DNA of 14,169 nucleotides from a virus (Duplodnaviria; Heunggongvirae; Uroviricota; Caudoviricetes): IMG/VR virus record IMGVR_UViG_2698536549_000025, positions 1 to 14,169 of that record; one strand, 5' to 3'. Shown piece by piece: positions 13,902 to 14,169 of this stretch (position 1 is its first letter; each line of letters starts with the position of its first letter). The notes under the pieces were generated by a model. It saw only the letters and a program-made list of their open reading frames with translations, ran no database searches and was not told where the DNA came from. The position numbers and the translations under genes were made by a program.

Positions 13902-13925
13902 ATGACGTGGCCAACGTCATTTTTT
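13902..13925 (+). terminator. Rho-independent terminator at the right edge of the element
   Basis: Stem ATGACGT / ACGTCAT (13902-13908 / 13914-13920) with GGCCA loop, followed by TTTTT at 13921-13925. Confidence 0.6.
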
Positions 13926-14169
13926 AGCGAAAAATTCTGATTAAGGTCACTGGCTGAATGGTCATAATGACCACGCAGACCATCGAGGCAACCATAGCGA
14001 TCATCGTTACGGTTGGAGCTTTTCCGCCATTGGTGGAAAAGGTGCACATCTGGATCATCATTACGGTGATCAAGGGTATGTAAAACCCACCAGCCTGATT
14101 AAAGGTTAACCGGAAAAAATCCGGTAGCCCCGTTATGGGGATCCCCATATCGACATTAACGCCCTTCAT
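13924..14169 (-). CDS. Hydrophobic membrane-protein ORF, convergent with the element; probably host flank and may extend beyond the window
   Basis: 81 aa that is strongly hydrophobic (IPLITVMMIQM..., VTMIAMVASMVCVVIMTI); its first codon is the last three bases of the window, so the true N-terminus is unknown. Confidence 0.4.
   Translation of the reverse strand: MKGVNVDMGIPITGLPDFFRLTFNQAGGFYIPLITVMMIQMCTFSTNGGKAPTVTMIAMVASMVCVVIMTIQPVTLIRIFR

Larger units (their letters stand above)
1..13923 (+). mobile_element. Integrated cf-PICI-like phage satellite (int-alpA-rep-ori-ssb plus HK97-type head and cos-type packaging module, no tail or lysis genes); left boundary outside window, right boundary approximate
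   Basis: Gene content and order read from the six-frame track; absence of tail and lysis ORFs; repeat arrays and terminator at the right end before a convergent membrane-protein ORF. Confidence 0.7.

Noticed and set aside
1-14169. CRISPR arrays, tRNA or tmRNA genes, transposases or IS elements
   Set aside because: No spacer-repeat periodicity, no tRNA-like cloverleaf candidate found by eye near either end, and no transposase-like ORF. Small RNA genes cannot be excluded without a covariance-model search.

Overview
The window reads as a single integrated mobile element of about 13.9 kb, almost entirely on the + strand, whose gene order matches a capsid-forming phage-inducible chromosomal island (cf-PICI-like phage satellite). 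From left to right: a tyrosine integrase beginning at base 1; an AlpA-family regulator; a divergent ribbon-helix-helix (RHH) gene facing a near-consensus sigma-70 promoter that sits between twin TACGTACGTA palindromes; a block of small genes with an internal duplication, a G9 homopolymer and a 50-N assembly gap; an AAA_25/RepA-like replication ATPase followed immediately by an AGTGAG iteron array (candidate ori); two small unknown genes, an SSB-like protein and a PerC-like regulator; a strong terminator; then an HK97-type head and packaging module (major capsid, prohead protease, portal, head-closure, gp6-like connector, HNH endonuclease, P27-family TerS, TerL). There are no tail, tail-fibre or lysis genes. 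The right end carries 10-bp-phased GTGACA repeats and a terminator before a convergent membrane-protein ORF that is probably host flank. All protein family calls rest on motifs I recognise by eye in the translations; no database search was run. The left boundary (attL) lies outside the window, so the element is only partly delimited.
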